64,000 bases of DNA, from the sequence record MZ574431.2. One strand, 5' to 3'. Position numbers and translations under genes: made by a program. A model generated the notes under the pieces. That model was not told the DNA's origin, did not search any database, and saw nothing but the letters and a program-made list of their open reading frames with translations. The stretch's first letter is position 1. Each line of letters starts with the position of its first letter. Shown here one piece after another: positions 54,091-62,843 of the stretch.

Positions 54091-54947
54091 GCGATTTTGG
54101 GGTCTTCAAGCCTCCCTTCGTCGTGATCCAGCGCGGCAAGGAAAAGTCCGAGATGCTGGCCTCGGCCGTCGTCAAGGGCTATGGCATGGGCGTGGGCCAG
54201 ATCGGCTACGGCACGCCCCTGGCGGACATCCCCGAGACGTTCATGCCGGTCTACGTCGGGGTCCACCCCCAGACGATCCAGTCGCTCCGCGACTGCCACG
54301 CCGCCCAGCGCCCCTTCGTCACGGTCGATAACGGCTATTTCAAGGGCTACAAGCGCGGCGGCTATTTCCGCCTGACGACCAACGCCATGCAGTGGGCGCA
54401 CCGCCGCCATGGGGCCAACGCCCAGGACATGGCTCGCTTCAAGGCCCTGGACATGCCGGTCCAACCTCTGCGTCTGGGCCAGGGCGAACATATCCTGATC
54501 GCCTGCCAGTCGCCGACTTGGTATCAGATGATGGGCCTCGAAAGCGTCGAGGCCTGGGTCAATCCGCTGATTGATCGCCTGCGGCTGGTCACCGACCGAC
54601 CGATCCGCGTGCGCCAAAAACCCCTCAAGGGCGTCAAAGAGCCGCCGATCGAGGAAGACCTGGAAAAATCCTGGGCCGTGGTGGCCTATTCGTCCAACAC
54701 CTTGATCGAGGCGGCCCTAATGGGCATCCCGATCTTCCCTATGGCGTTCAGCGCTGCAACGCCTCTGGGCTCGACCGACCTCTCCACCATCGAGAGCGCG
54801 CCTTTCCGAAATCAGCGCACCATCAACCGTCCCGAGGTCTTTGCCCAATTGGCAGGCGCCCAATGGACGATCCCCGAAATCGAGTCGGGCAAGGCGTGGC
54901 TGGACCTAAGCCAGCGCTACGATCCCGACTTCAAGCCGCTGGCCTAA
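54087..54947 (+). CDS. Capsule-synthesis-like GT-B glycosyltransferase 2 (286 aa, TTG start)
   Basis: IRVRQKP...VVAYSSNTLIEAALMGIPI; paralogous to previous gene; AAGGA RBS, TTGA overlap. Confidence 0.65.
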   Translation: MSDFGVFKPPFVVIQRGKEKSEMLASAVVKGYGMGVGQIGYGTPLADIPETFMPVYVGVHPQTIQSLRDCHAAQRPFVTVDNGYFKGYKRGGYFRLTTNAMQWAHRRHGANAQDMARFKALDMPVQPLRLGQGEHILIACQSPTWYQMMGLESVEAWVNPLIDRLRLVTDRPIRVRQKPLKGVKEPPIEEDLEKSWAVVAYSSNTLIEAALMGIPIFPMAFSAATPLGSTDLSTIESAPFRNQRTINRPEVFAQLAGAQWTIPEIESGKAWLDLSQRYDPDFKPLA

Positions 54948-54956
54948 GGACCCACC

Positions 54957-55763
54957 ATGCCCCATCACGTCTTCGTCGGCTATGACAGCCGCGAGCAGGC
55001 CGCCTACGACGTCTGTGTCGACAGCCTCGTCGAGCATAACAAAGGTGACGACAACGACATCGTCGTCCACAAGCTGGAGCACCGCGACCTGCGGCGGCGT
55101 GGCCTCTTCACCCGGCCCTGGCGGATCGACGAGACGGGTCAGTTCTGGGACGAGCGCGACGGACGACCGTTCTCGACCGAGTTCAGCCACAGTCGCTTCC
55201 TGGTGCCGACCCTGGCCTCGCAGATGGGCATCGTCTCGCCGGTCATGTTCGTCGACTGCGACTTTCTGTTCGTCGAGCCGGTGCAGAACCTCTTCCACGA
55301 GGTCCTGGCGACCAAGCCCTTCGAGGACGGCAGCAATCCGCTCTGGGTGGTCAAGCACGAATTCAGCAAGGCCGAGGAAGGCGTCAAGATGGACGGCATG
55401 GTCCAGCAGGCCTACTTCCGCAAGCTGTGGTCGAGCCTGATGATCTACGACCTGCGCTTCCCGCTGCGATGGTTCCCGACCGCCGGCGAGGCCAACCACC
55501 ATTCCGGCTCGCATCTGCACGGCTTCTACATCGCCCCCAACCTGCCGATGGAGGATGATGTCATCGGAGCCCTTGATCCGGCCTGGAACTGGATTCCGGG
55601 CCATTCCTCGGACGACATCAAGCCCAAGGCCGTCCACTGGTCCCTAGGCGGGCCGTGGATGGACGGCTATGAAGACACCCCCTACGCCGTGACGTGGCGG
55701 CAGTACCGCAAGGCCACCCTGCTGGAGCAGGCTGGCATCCTCAAGAAGACCAAGGCAGCCTGA
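54957..55763 (+). CDS. GT-A fold glycosyltransferase (GT8-like)
   Basis: VFVGYDSRE...STEFSHSRFLVP...FVDCDFLF (DxD)...RKLWSSLM...WNW...HWSLGGPW. Confidence 0.8.
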   Translation: MPHHVFVGYDSREQAAYDVCVDSLVEHNKGDDNDIVVHKLEHRDLRRRGLFTRPWRIDETGQFWDERDGRPFSTEFSHSRFLVPTLASQMGIVSPVMFVDCDFLFVEPVQNLFHEVLATKPFEDGSNPLWVVKHEFSKAEEGVKMDGMVQQAYFRKLWSSLMIYDLRFPLRWFPTAGEANHHSGSHLHGFYIAPNLPMEDDVIGALDPAWNWIPGHSSDDIKPKAVHWSLGGPWMDGYEDTPYAVTWRQYRKATLLEQAGILKKTKAA

Positions 55764-56290
55764 TGTCGTCGACCATCTCCGAAGCCTACCGCCGGCTGAA
55801 CGCCCAGCTACACGCCGAAAACGACAGCTACGGCGTCCATGGCTGGATGTGGCTGGGACCGGTGCTTCACTTCGCCCAGGCCGCTGGCGCCCGCTCCCTC
55901 CTCGACTATGGCTGCGGCAAGGACACCCTGGCGCGCTGGATGCCCGTGACCGCGCCGGCCATCCGCGTCGAAAGCTACGACCCGGCCATCCCCGAGCATG
56001 CGGCCGATCCGCCGCCTTGCGACTTCGTCGCCTGCCTGGACGTGATGGAGCACATCGAGCCTGACCATCTCGATGCGGTGCTGGCCCATATCCGCACCAA
56101 GATGCGCAAGGGCGGCTTCATGGTCATCTGCCTGCGCGAGGCCAAGAAGGCGCTTCCCGACGGGCGTAACGCGCACCTGATCGTGGAGTCCTCGGACTGG
56201 TGGCTGGACAAGCTCCGCACGGTCTTCAGCCGCGTCGACAAGCTCAAGGGCCTGTCGAAGGATTCGCTGGTCGTGGTGGTGACCCCCTAA
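55763..56290 (+). CDS. Class I SAM-dependent methyltransferase (175 aa)
   Basis: LLDYGCGK motif I; DFVACLDVMEHI; DGRNAHLI. Confidence 0.85.
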   Translation: MSSTISEAYRRLNAQLHAENDSYGVHGWMWLGPVLHFAQAAGARSLLDYGCGKDTLARWMPVTAPAIRVESYDPAIPEHAADPPPCDFVACLDVMEHIEPDHLDAVLAHIRTKMRKGGFMVICLREAKKALPDGRNAHLIVESSDWWLDKLRTVFSRVDKLKGLSKDSLVVVVTP

Positions 56291-57159
56291 TGGGTATTGG
56301 CGACAAGATGATGGCGATCGGTGATGCCTGGAGGCTGCACCGAAACGATCCGTTCAACCGGCGCGTGGCGATCGGCGATGGCCGGATCATCGACCAGACC
56401 GACAACGACCTGCTCTTTGGCCTCAACTTCATCGCCCGCGCTGGCCACATGGTCGAGCGCGAAGAGGTCCAGTGGGTGATCAGCTACCCCGGAAATCGCC
56501 CGTACATCGACTATCAGGCGATGCGCCGCGCTCTGGTCGCCCAGGGCCAGCGGGTCTTCAAGCAGAAGAAGCTGGCCTCGACGTTGGGCCGGTACATCTG
56601 GAAGATGGACTATCGTCCAACGCCGGCGCCGATCAAGCAGACGGCCGAGGAGGAGATGATCACCGCCCGCTGGGCCAAGACCCCCTTCGTGGCGATCGAG
56701 CCCTATATCAAGGACGCAGCGCCCCGCGCCAAGCAGTGGCCCGTCGAGTACATGGCCGAGACGGTGCGGCGCCTCCGCGATCAGGGCGTCAAGGTCGTGC
56801 AGATCAGCGCCGGCGGCCAGGACATCATGCCCGGTGCCACCATGGCGGCCACGCGATCCTATCGAGAGGCCCTGGCGGTCCTGAAGGCTGCCTCGCTCTA
56901 CATCGGCCCCGAGGGCGGGCTGCACCATGGCGCGGCTGCCATGGGCACCAAGGCCGTGGTCATGTTCGGCGGCTACATCGATCCGCTGGTCACCGGCTAC
57001 GACATGCACGTCAACCTCACGGGCGGGGTCGAGCAGTCCTGCGGCGTCCGCGAGGGCCACTGCCCGCACTGCAAGGAGGCGATGGCGAAGATCACGCCCG
57101 ATCTGGTCATGGATCACGCCGTCCGGTTGCTGCGAGAGACCGTCACGAAAGTGCCTTGA
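56290..57159 (+). CDS. GT9/heptosyltransferase-like glycosyltransferase (289 aa)
   Basis: MGIGD N-terminus; LYIGPEGGLHHGAAAMGTKAVVMFG. Confidence 0.78.
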   Translation: MGIGDKMMAIGDAWRLHRNDPFNRRVAIGDGRIIDQTDNDLLFGLNFIARAGHMVEREEVQWVISYPGNRPYIDYQAMRRALVAQGQRVFKQKKLASTLGRYIWKMDYRPTPAPIKQTAEEEMITARWAKTPFVAIEPYIKDAAPRAKQWPVEYMAETVRRLRDQGVKVVQISAGGQDIMPGATMAATRSYREALAVLKAASLYIGPEGGLHHGAAAMGTKAVVMFGGYIDPLVTGYDMHVNLTGGVEQSCGVREGHCPHCKEAMAKITPDLVMDHAVRLLRETVTKVP

Positions 57160-57251
57160 CGCGTTCAGAAACCTCTGCTACGTGTCGTGATTCTTGACTT
57201 GAGACGTTAACCGTGACACGAAAGGGGCCTCTCCCCTTTCGTGAGCACCCT

Positions 57252-57887
57252 ATGCGCGTCTCCCCCGCAGGCTTGGCGCTGATCCAAGCCTGGGAAGGCA
57301 TCGAAGACGGCGATCCGTCGACGGTCCTTCTCGACCCCTATATCGACATCGTCGGCATCTACACCATCGGCTGGGGCCACGTGCTCCTGACGCCGGCCGG
57401 CGTCCAGATCAACGTCAACACCTTCGGCAAGGCCAAGGCCGCCAAGCTCGCCAAGGAAGCCATGGTCCGCATGTTCGGCGCCGAGGCGATCACCCGCGAG
57501 AAGGCCGAAGAACTGCTTCGCGCCGACATCTTCTCGTTCGAGAGCTACGTGTCGGGCATCGTCGCTGCCGACACGACCCAGGGCCAGTTCGACGCCCTGT
57601 GCGCCTTCGCCTTCAACGTCGGCAAGCAGGGCCTTGCCAAGTCGAGCTTGCTGCGTCTGCACAACGCCGGCAAGCGCGCGGTGGGCACGCTCGACGTGGC
57701 CAACCTGATCGCCACCTCCAAGGCCCAGAAGGCGCCGACAAACATCCCGCAGGGCTTCACCTCCTGGTCCTACGCGGCCAAGAAGTGGACGCGCGGCCTC
57801 TTCCGCCGCCGCTGTTCCGAAGCCCTGGTCTATGGCGGCATGCCCGGCGCCCAGGCGTTCAAGCAGGTGCAGAGCTATGCCGCCTAA
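57252..57887 (+). CDS. Endolysin, GH24 lysozyme (211 aa)
   Basis: LIQAWEG...YIDIVGIYTIGWGH; QGQFDALCAFAFNVG; GLFRRR..E. Confidence 0.9.
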   Translation: MRVSPAGLALIQAWEGIEDGDPSTVLLDPYIDIVGIYTIGWGHVLLTPAGVQINVNTFGKAKAAKLAKEAMVRMFGAEAITREKAEELLRADIFSFESYVSGIVAADTTQGQFDALCAFAFNVGKQGLAKSSLLRLHNAGKRAVGTLDVANLIATSKAQKAPTNIPQGFTSWSYAAKKWTRGLFRRRCSEALVYGGMPGAQAFKQVQSYAA

Positions 57888-58191
57888 GCGCAGGCTGAGC
57901 GAGCAGTCGGTCAGTCGGGTCCGCCGGGCGATCTTCGCCTTTTTCCTGACCCTGCTCTCGTGGGCCAGCATCATGACGCTGGCCCGCTTTCCTGTGCCGG
58001 TGAACCAGGAGATCGTCATGAAGGCGATCGACTCCCTGGGCTTCTTCGCCACGGCCATCGGCCTGGGCTACATCGGCGGCTCGGTCGTCGATTTCTCGGG
58101 CATGTTCAGCGCCATCGGCGGCAAGTTCGGGATCAACATCCCTCAGGCCATGCCGCCTCAACAACGCAACGATGAGATTGGAGGCGTCTGA
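57877..58191 (+). CDS. Holin (104 aa)
   Basis: Overlaps endolysin end; basic N-terminus and two hydrophobic segments. Confidence 0.7.
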   Translation: MPPKRRLSEQSVSRVRRAIFAFFLTLLSWASIMTLARFPVPVNQEIVMKAIDSLGFFATAIGLGYIGGSVVDFSGMFSAIGGKFGINIPQAMPPQQRNDEIGGV

Positions 58192-58721
58192 TGCTCAGCG
58201 CCATCTTCGGTCATCTCGACCTCTTTGGCCTGATCTTTGGCCATCCCAAGCTCTGGCTTGGCATCCTGGTCCTGGCGCTCGCCGCCGGGGTCATCGTCTT
58301 CAAGGGCGCCTTCCTGAAGTTCCTGCTCAACGCCAGGACGCTTCTGGTGATCGCCGTGGCCGTGGGCCTGCTGTCGGTCGCCAGCCTCAAGAAGGACATG
58401 CAGGTCCTGGAGGCCAAGAACCAGCACCTGACCGAACAGGTCCAGGCTACCGCCGACGGCATGGCCGCCGTCACCCACAAGTCAAAGGCTCAGCGCGTCA
58501 ACGCCGTCAAGACCGCGCGCCTGCACGAGGTCATCTCCAATGCACAACCCGACCAAGCCCTCGATGACGTCCTCGACGAGATCGCCGTTCAACAAGGCCA
58601 AAGCGACCCTGGCGGCGCTGGCCATGGTCCTGTCGCTAAGCCTGACGGCGTGCGCCACGACCAGCCCGACCTCACTCGACCCGGAAGCATTGATCCCTAC
58701 AACATTGACCGTCTGCGCTGA
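58191..58721 (+). CDS. Inner-membrane spanin (Rz-like)
   Basis: N-terminal TM segments followed by coiled-coil. Confidence 0.7.
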   Translation: MLSAIFGHLDLFGLIFGHPKLWLGILVLALAAGVIVFKGAFLKFLLNARTLLVIAVAVGLLSVASLKKDMQVLEAKNQHLTEQVQATADGMAAVTHKSKAQRVNAVKTARLHEVISNAQPDQALDDVLDEIAVQQGQSDPGGAGHGPVAKPDGVRHDQPDLTRPGSIDPYNIDRLR

Positions 58722-58929
58722 CGCGCCGGCGGTGCCGCCCAGGGTCGCTCCTGGCGAGCCGCGAACCGACGAGGCCCAGGCCACTTACGTGGCCGCGCTC
58801 AATGACGCCTACCGCGACTGCAAGTCGACGGTCGGCGCCGTGAAGGTGCGCCGTGACGCCCTTGACCAGCGCGCCTTCGAAGCCAAGCCCTGGTTCGAAA
58901 AGCTGTTCAAGAAGGGGCCGAAGAAGTGA
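58540..58929 (+). CDS. Outer-membrane lipoprotein spanin (Rz1-like), overlapping Rz; true start may be downstream
   Basis: Signal peptide with lipobox SLTA-C; Pro-rich periplasmic part; overlaps i-spanin 3' end in another frame. Confidence 0.75.
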   Translation: MHNPTKPSMTSSTRSPFNKAKATLAALAMVLSLSLTACATTSPTSLDPEALIPTTLTVCADAPAVPPRVAPGEPRTDEAQATYVAALNDAYRDCKSTVGAVKVRRDALDQRAFEAKPWFEKLFKKGPKK

Positions 58930-59297
58930 CGTCGCCTCACCAGGACATCAAAGCTCTGGAGGCGCGGATCGCGGCGCTGGAGGAAACGGTCAAGAGCCTG
59001 GAAAAGGCCCTCGACCGTCTTGTCTACCGTCACCCCGATCCGGTGATCCCGCTACCGGCGCTTCCGCCGATGCAGGTCTTTCCGACCCTGCCGGTGATGC
59101 CGGCTCCGATCCCCTACGAGCCGATCCCCTTCGACCTGCCAAGGCCCATCACCACGCCGAATGTTCCGGCGCAGGAGCCCTGGATCACGCCGATGACGCC
59201 CAGCTATCCGTGGGTTTCGCCAAACCTGCCGGCTCAGACGCCCTGGCTGACGCCCATCACCATCTGCACCGCCGACAGGGCCAGCGACGCCGCATAG
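58926..59297 (+). CDS. Hypothetical protein, coiled-coil N-terminus and Pro-rich C-terminus
   Basis: GTGA overlap; three PW(I/V/L)(T/S)P repeats. Confidence 0.6.
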   Translation: MTSPHQDIKALEARIAALEETVKSLEKALDRLVYRHPDPVIPLPALPPMQVFPTLPVMPAPIPYEPIPFDLPRPITTPNVPAQEPWITPMTPSYPWVSPNLPAQTPWLTPITICTADRASDAA

Positions 59298-60292
59298 GCC
59301 GCCGAGCGATCGGCGACCGCCTTCAGGTAGTCCTCGCCGGTCATGAACACCTCGACATTGGCGAAACCATCGCCGTTCTTGATGTCCTTCAGGTTCGACC
59401 GGAAGACCTCCTCATGCTTGCGCACGAGGTTGATTTCCTCCTTGCCGTGCTTCTTCAGCACCTTCAGGCGGTCGCCGGCCGTGGCCTCGATCTCTTCGAC
59501 CGGTCGGTGGATGACGACGTAGGCGACCTTGACGCCCCGAGGCGCGGCCTTGACCAGGGCGACACGATCGGCGCGGCGCACATTGGTCGCGTCCACCACC
59601 GTGGGCAGGCCCGCCAGCAAGCGCGCTTGCACCACCATCTCCAGCGCCCGGAACACCGCCGCATTGCGGTCCTGGGCTTCAGGCGAGCCGGCCAGCAGGA
59701 GGCGCAGCGTGTCGGTCGACGTCACCGACTGCGGCTCGAACGCACTGAGCGCAAAGGACGTCTTCCCAGCGCCGGCCGGGCCGATCAGCACCGTCAGCAG
59801 CGGCACGCCGCCCTCGTCATAGAGCCCGTAGGGGCGCACCTGCTTGGGCGCGTCGAAGTCGCCAGGATTGACCTGGAAGCACGGCACGTCATTGGCGCGC
59901 CACATGTCAACGACCTTCTGACGGTCATCGAAGATCACGTCGGGCGTATGCCCCAGCGAACGTTCCTCGTTCAGCCAGGAAAGCTTCAGCTTGTCGTCGG
60001 GCTGGAAGTCGTCGATCGGGCGCATGCGCTTGAGGTGGATGGGGTCCACGCCCTTGCGCGCCAGCCAGTCGCGAGACTTCTGCTCGACCGCCGCGCTGCG
60101 GCCCGACCAGATTTCAACGCGATGCCCGGCCTTGGCCAGGATGTTCAGGATGTCGATGACCTCTTGGATCGGCGCGTCCTGGTCGCAGGCTTCGAAGAAG
60201 GCGTTCCAGTCTCGCCTGCCGTCCTCCACGAGGTGACGGCGATGATCGATCTGGGCCAGCGTGCCGTCAAAGTCGAAAATGTAGAAGCCCAT
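59234..60292 (-). CDS. Polynucleotide 3'-phosphatase/5'-kinase (PseT-like), HAD domain first
   Basis: IFDFDGTLA (DxDGT), WSGR, DDKLK, FDDRQKVVDMW; then GPAGAGKT Walker A, STDTLR, VVDATN. Confidence 0.85.
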   Translation of the reverse strand: MGFYIFDFDGTLAQIDHRRHLVEDGRRDWNAFFEACDQDAPIQEVIDILNILAKAGHRVEIWSGRSAAVEQKSRDWLARKGVDPIHLKRMRPIDDFQPDDKLKLSWLNEERSLGHTPDVIFDDRQKVVDMWRANDVPCFQVNPGDFDAPKQVRPYGLYDEGGVPLLTVLIGPAGAGKTSFALSAFEPQSVTSTDTLRLLLAGSPEAQDRNAAVFRALEMVVQARLLAGLPTVVDATNVRRADRVALVKAAPRGVKVAYVVIHRPVEEIEATAGDRLKVLKKHGKEEINLVRKHEEVFRSNLKDIKNGDGFANVEVFMTGEDYLKAVADRSAAYAASLALSAVQMVMGVSQGV

Positions 60293-60404
60293 CAGGGTGC
60301 TCCGTGGCTTGTGTCACGGTGTCATTAACCCTAACATGGGAAGCGGTCAAGCGAACGATGTCGCGTTTCTTGACCTGTGTCGTGGATCGTGACATGGACG
60401 TGCC

Positions 60405-61037
60405 ATGCTCCTTTCCACAGCCGTCCACAAGGACCCGTCAATGCTCGGGCAGCAGCTTTATGCGCGCGCTGAGCTTGACCATTACCCCACGCCGCCTGAA
60501 GCCACCAAGGCCTTCCTCAAGACCGGCGTCGCCCAGGCCCTTCTGGCCAACGCGTTTGTCTGGGAGCCCGCGTGCGGCGACGGGGCGATCGTTAAGGTTA
60601 TCGAGTCCTGCGCCAAGTCGGTGTTCGGCTCCGACATCGCCGTCTACCCCGGAGACTACGAGCCCAACGCCCTGGTCGATTTTCTCAAGATCGTCAGCCT
60701 GGACGAGGTCTTCTACCACCATCCCCAGGGCCAGCCCACCGGCATCGTCACCAACCCGCCCTATGGCAAGGAAGCCGAGGCCTTCGCGCGGCAAGCCCTG
60801 AAACTCATGGCTGAAAGCGGCGGCTTCGTGGTGATGCTTTGCCGCCACGAATGGGATACGGCCAAGTCCCGCAAAGACCTCTTCGATCATCCGGCGTTCC
60901 TGGCCAAGGTCACTTTGAGGTTCCGGCCGCGCTGGATCAAGAACACCAAGGGTTCTCCGCGCCACTCCTATGCTTGGTATGTCTGGTCCTGGTCCAAGGA
61001 TCGCATCCACGCCCCCAACATCTTTTACGCAGGCTAG
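60405..61037 (+). CDS. N6-adenine/N4-cytosine DNA methyltransferase
   Basis: DHYPTP, WEPACGDG (motif I), IVTNPPY (motif IV). Confidence 0.8.
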   Translation: MLLSTAVHKDPSMLGQQLYARAELDHYPTPPEATKAFLKTGVAQALLANAFVWEPACGDGAIVKVIESCAKSVFGSDIAVYPGDYEPNALVDFLKIVSLDEVFYHHPQGQPTGIVTNPPYGKEAEAFARQALKLMAESGGFVVMLCRHEWDTAKSRKDLFDHPAFLAKVTLRFRPRWIKNTKGSPRHSYAWYVWSWSKDRIHAPNIFYAG

Positions 61038-61042
61038 TACCC

Positions 61043-62779
61043 ATGGGCATGCTTACCCCCGAAGAACCCGTCATCGTCGATGCGGGTGAAGCCGAAGCGC
61101 CGCGCCGAGCCAAGCTCGAAGACATGACGCTGACCAAGCTGGCGTCCATGGCGCACACTGAAATCCTGACCCTGGTCAAGAAGGCCGGCGGCCAGCGCGC
61201 CTTTTCCCGAAAGACCGGCATCCCGCGCACCACCCTCCAGGCCCATCTCTACAAGACCCGCGAGGACCCGTTCGGCCACAGGCCCGCGCCCGAGCCGATC
61301 GAGATGATCACCGACTTTGGACCGGCCTGCGGCAAGATCGTCCGCCGCTTTATCCTGACCTCGGCCCAGGACGGCACGCTGGTGCATGAGCCGTTCCTGC
61401 GCAATCTCGAAGCCTTGGTCGACTACTTCAACACCGATCGCGGCGACACCTGCGAACTGATCGTCGCCGGGTTCACCTACAACAAGTCGCTGTTCGAGGA
61501 CCACTCCAAGCAGAAGGTCTTCTGGCCGGACTCGATCGCCAAGTACATGCGCAACGAGCGCCTGCGCTTCAACGACCGCGTCGACTTCTGCGCCGAGATG
61601 AACACCCAGCCGACGGCCGACAAACCGCTGTCGGGCTTCTTCGGCTACACCCACGACAAGTGGGGCATCTACCCGCATCCGAAGGTGCAACTGGTCTCGA
61701 TCCCGACCATGGCCCACGAGCCGGCCTTGATGAACATGACCACCGGCGCGGTCACCAAGCCCAACTACGTGCCCAAGAAGGCCGGGCTGAAGGCGGCGTT
61801 CCACCACATCATCGGCGCCGTCCTCCTCGAACTCGATCACCGAGGCCGGTTCTTCGCCCGCCATCTGATCGCCGACGAAGCCGACGGCAGCTTCTATGAC
61901 CTGGATCGCTTCGTCTTCAACGGCGAGGTCACCACGGGCCACCGCGCCCGCGCCCTGACCCCCGGCGACGTCCACGTCTTCCAGATCGATCCGATGGTCT
62001 CGGCCGTCACCTTTGGCATGTCGCCGACCGAGATGCGCGATCCCGAGAAGGGGCGTATCTGGCAGACCGCCGAGTGCGTCTCGATCGTCGATCACCTGCG
62101 CCCTGAATACCTGTTCATCCACGACGTCTGCGACTTCCGGGTGCGCAACCACCATTCGATTTCCAGCCCCCTGGACCGTTTCCGGCTCTACATCGACGGC
62201 ACCGACACCGTCGAGGAGGAATTGAAGGAGGTCGCCTTCTTCCTTTCCAACATCACCCGGCCCGAGACCGAGGTGGTCGTGGTCGAAAGCAACCACGATC
62301 TGGCGTTGAACAAGTGGCTCGACACGGCCGACTACCGCCAGGACCCGCCCAATGCGCGCTTCTTTCTGGAGTGCCAGTTGGCGCGCTACAGGGCCGAGGA
62401 GGAGAAGAACGACGCCTTCTCGATCTTCCAGGAAGTGATGACCACCGCCTTCGACGACTATCGTTGCGAGGGCGTGACCTTCCTGAAGGAAGACGACAAG
62501 TTCAATGTCGACGGCGTGGAGATGGCCAACCACGGCCACAACGGCGTCAACGGCAGCCGGGGCAGCATCGCTCAGTACGCCAAGATCGCCACCAAGGTCA
62601 CGATCGGCCACTCCCACTCGCCGGGCATCCTCAACGGGGCCATGCAGACGGGCACCTCGACCAAGATGAAGCTGGGCTACAACAAGGGACCGGGCTCGTG
62701 GTCCTGGACCCATGCCCTCCAGTATCAGAACGGCAAGCGCACCTTGCTGACCATCCAAGACGGCCTCGCCTATCTGTGA
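61043..62779 (+). CDS. Calcineurin-like metallophosphoesterase with N-terminal HTH (578 aa)
   Basis: GDVH, HD, ESNHD, HGH, GHSH motifs; GGQRAFSRKTGIPRTTL HTH-like segment. Confidence 0.7.
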   Translation: MGMLTPEEPVIVDAGEAEAPRRAKLEDMTLTKLASMAHTEILTLVKKAGGQRAFSRKTGIPRTTLQAHLYKTREDPFGHRPAPEPIEMITDFGPACGKIVRRFILTSAQDGTLVHEPFLRNLEALVDYFNTDRGDTCELIVAGFTYNKSLFEDHSKQKVFWPDSIAKYMRNERLRFNDRVDFCAEMNTQPTADKPLSGFFGYTHDKWGIYPHPKVQLVSIPTMAHEPALMNMTTGAVTKPNYVPKKAGLKAAFHHIIGAVLLELDHRGRFFARHLIADEADGSFYDLDRFVFNGEVTTGHRARALTPGDVHVFQIDPMVSAVTFGMSPTEMRDPEKGRIWQTAECVSIVDHLRPEYLFIHDVCDFRVRNHHSISSPLDRFRLYIDGTDTVEEELKEVAFFLSNITRPETEVVVVESNHDLALNKWLDTADYRQDPPNARFFLECQLARYRAEEEKNDAFSIFQEVMTTAFDDYRCEGVTFLKEDDKFNVDGVEMANHGHNGVNGSRGSIAQYAKIATKVTIGHSHSPGILNGAMQTGTSTKMKLGYNKGPGSWSWTHALQYQNGKRTLLTIQDGLAYL

Positions 62780-62843
62780 CGTTTTCCTTGACATGGTTAA
62801 TTTCCATGTCATGAATGACGTCACCAAAGACCCCCGGACATCC

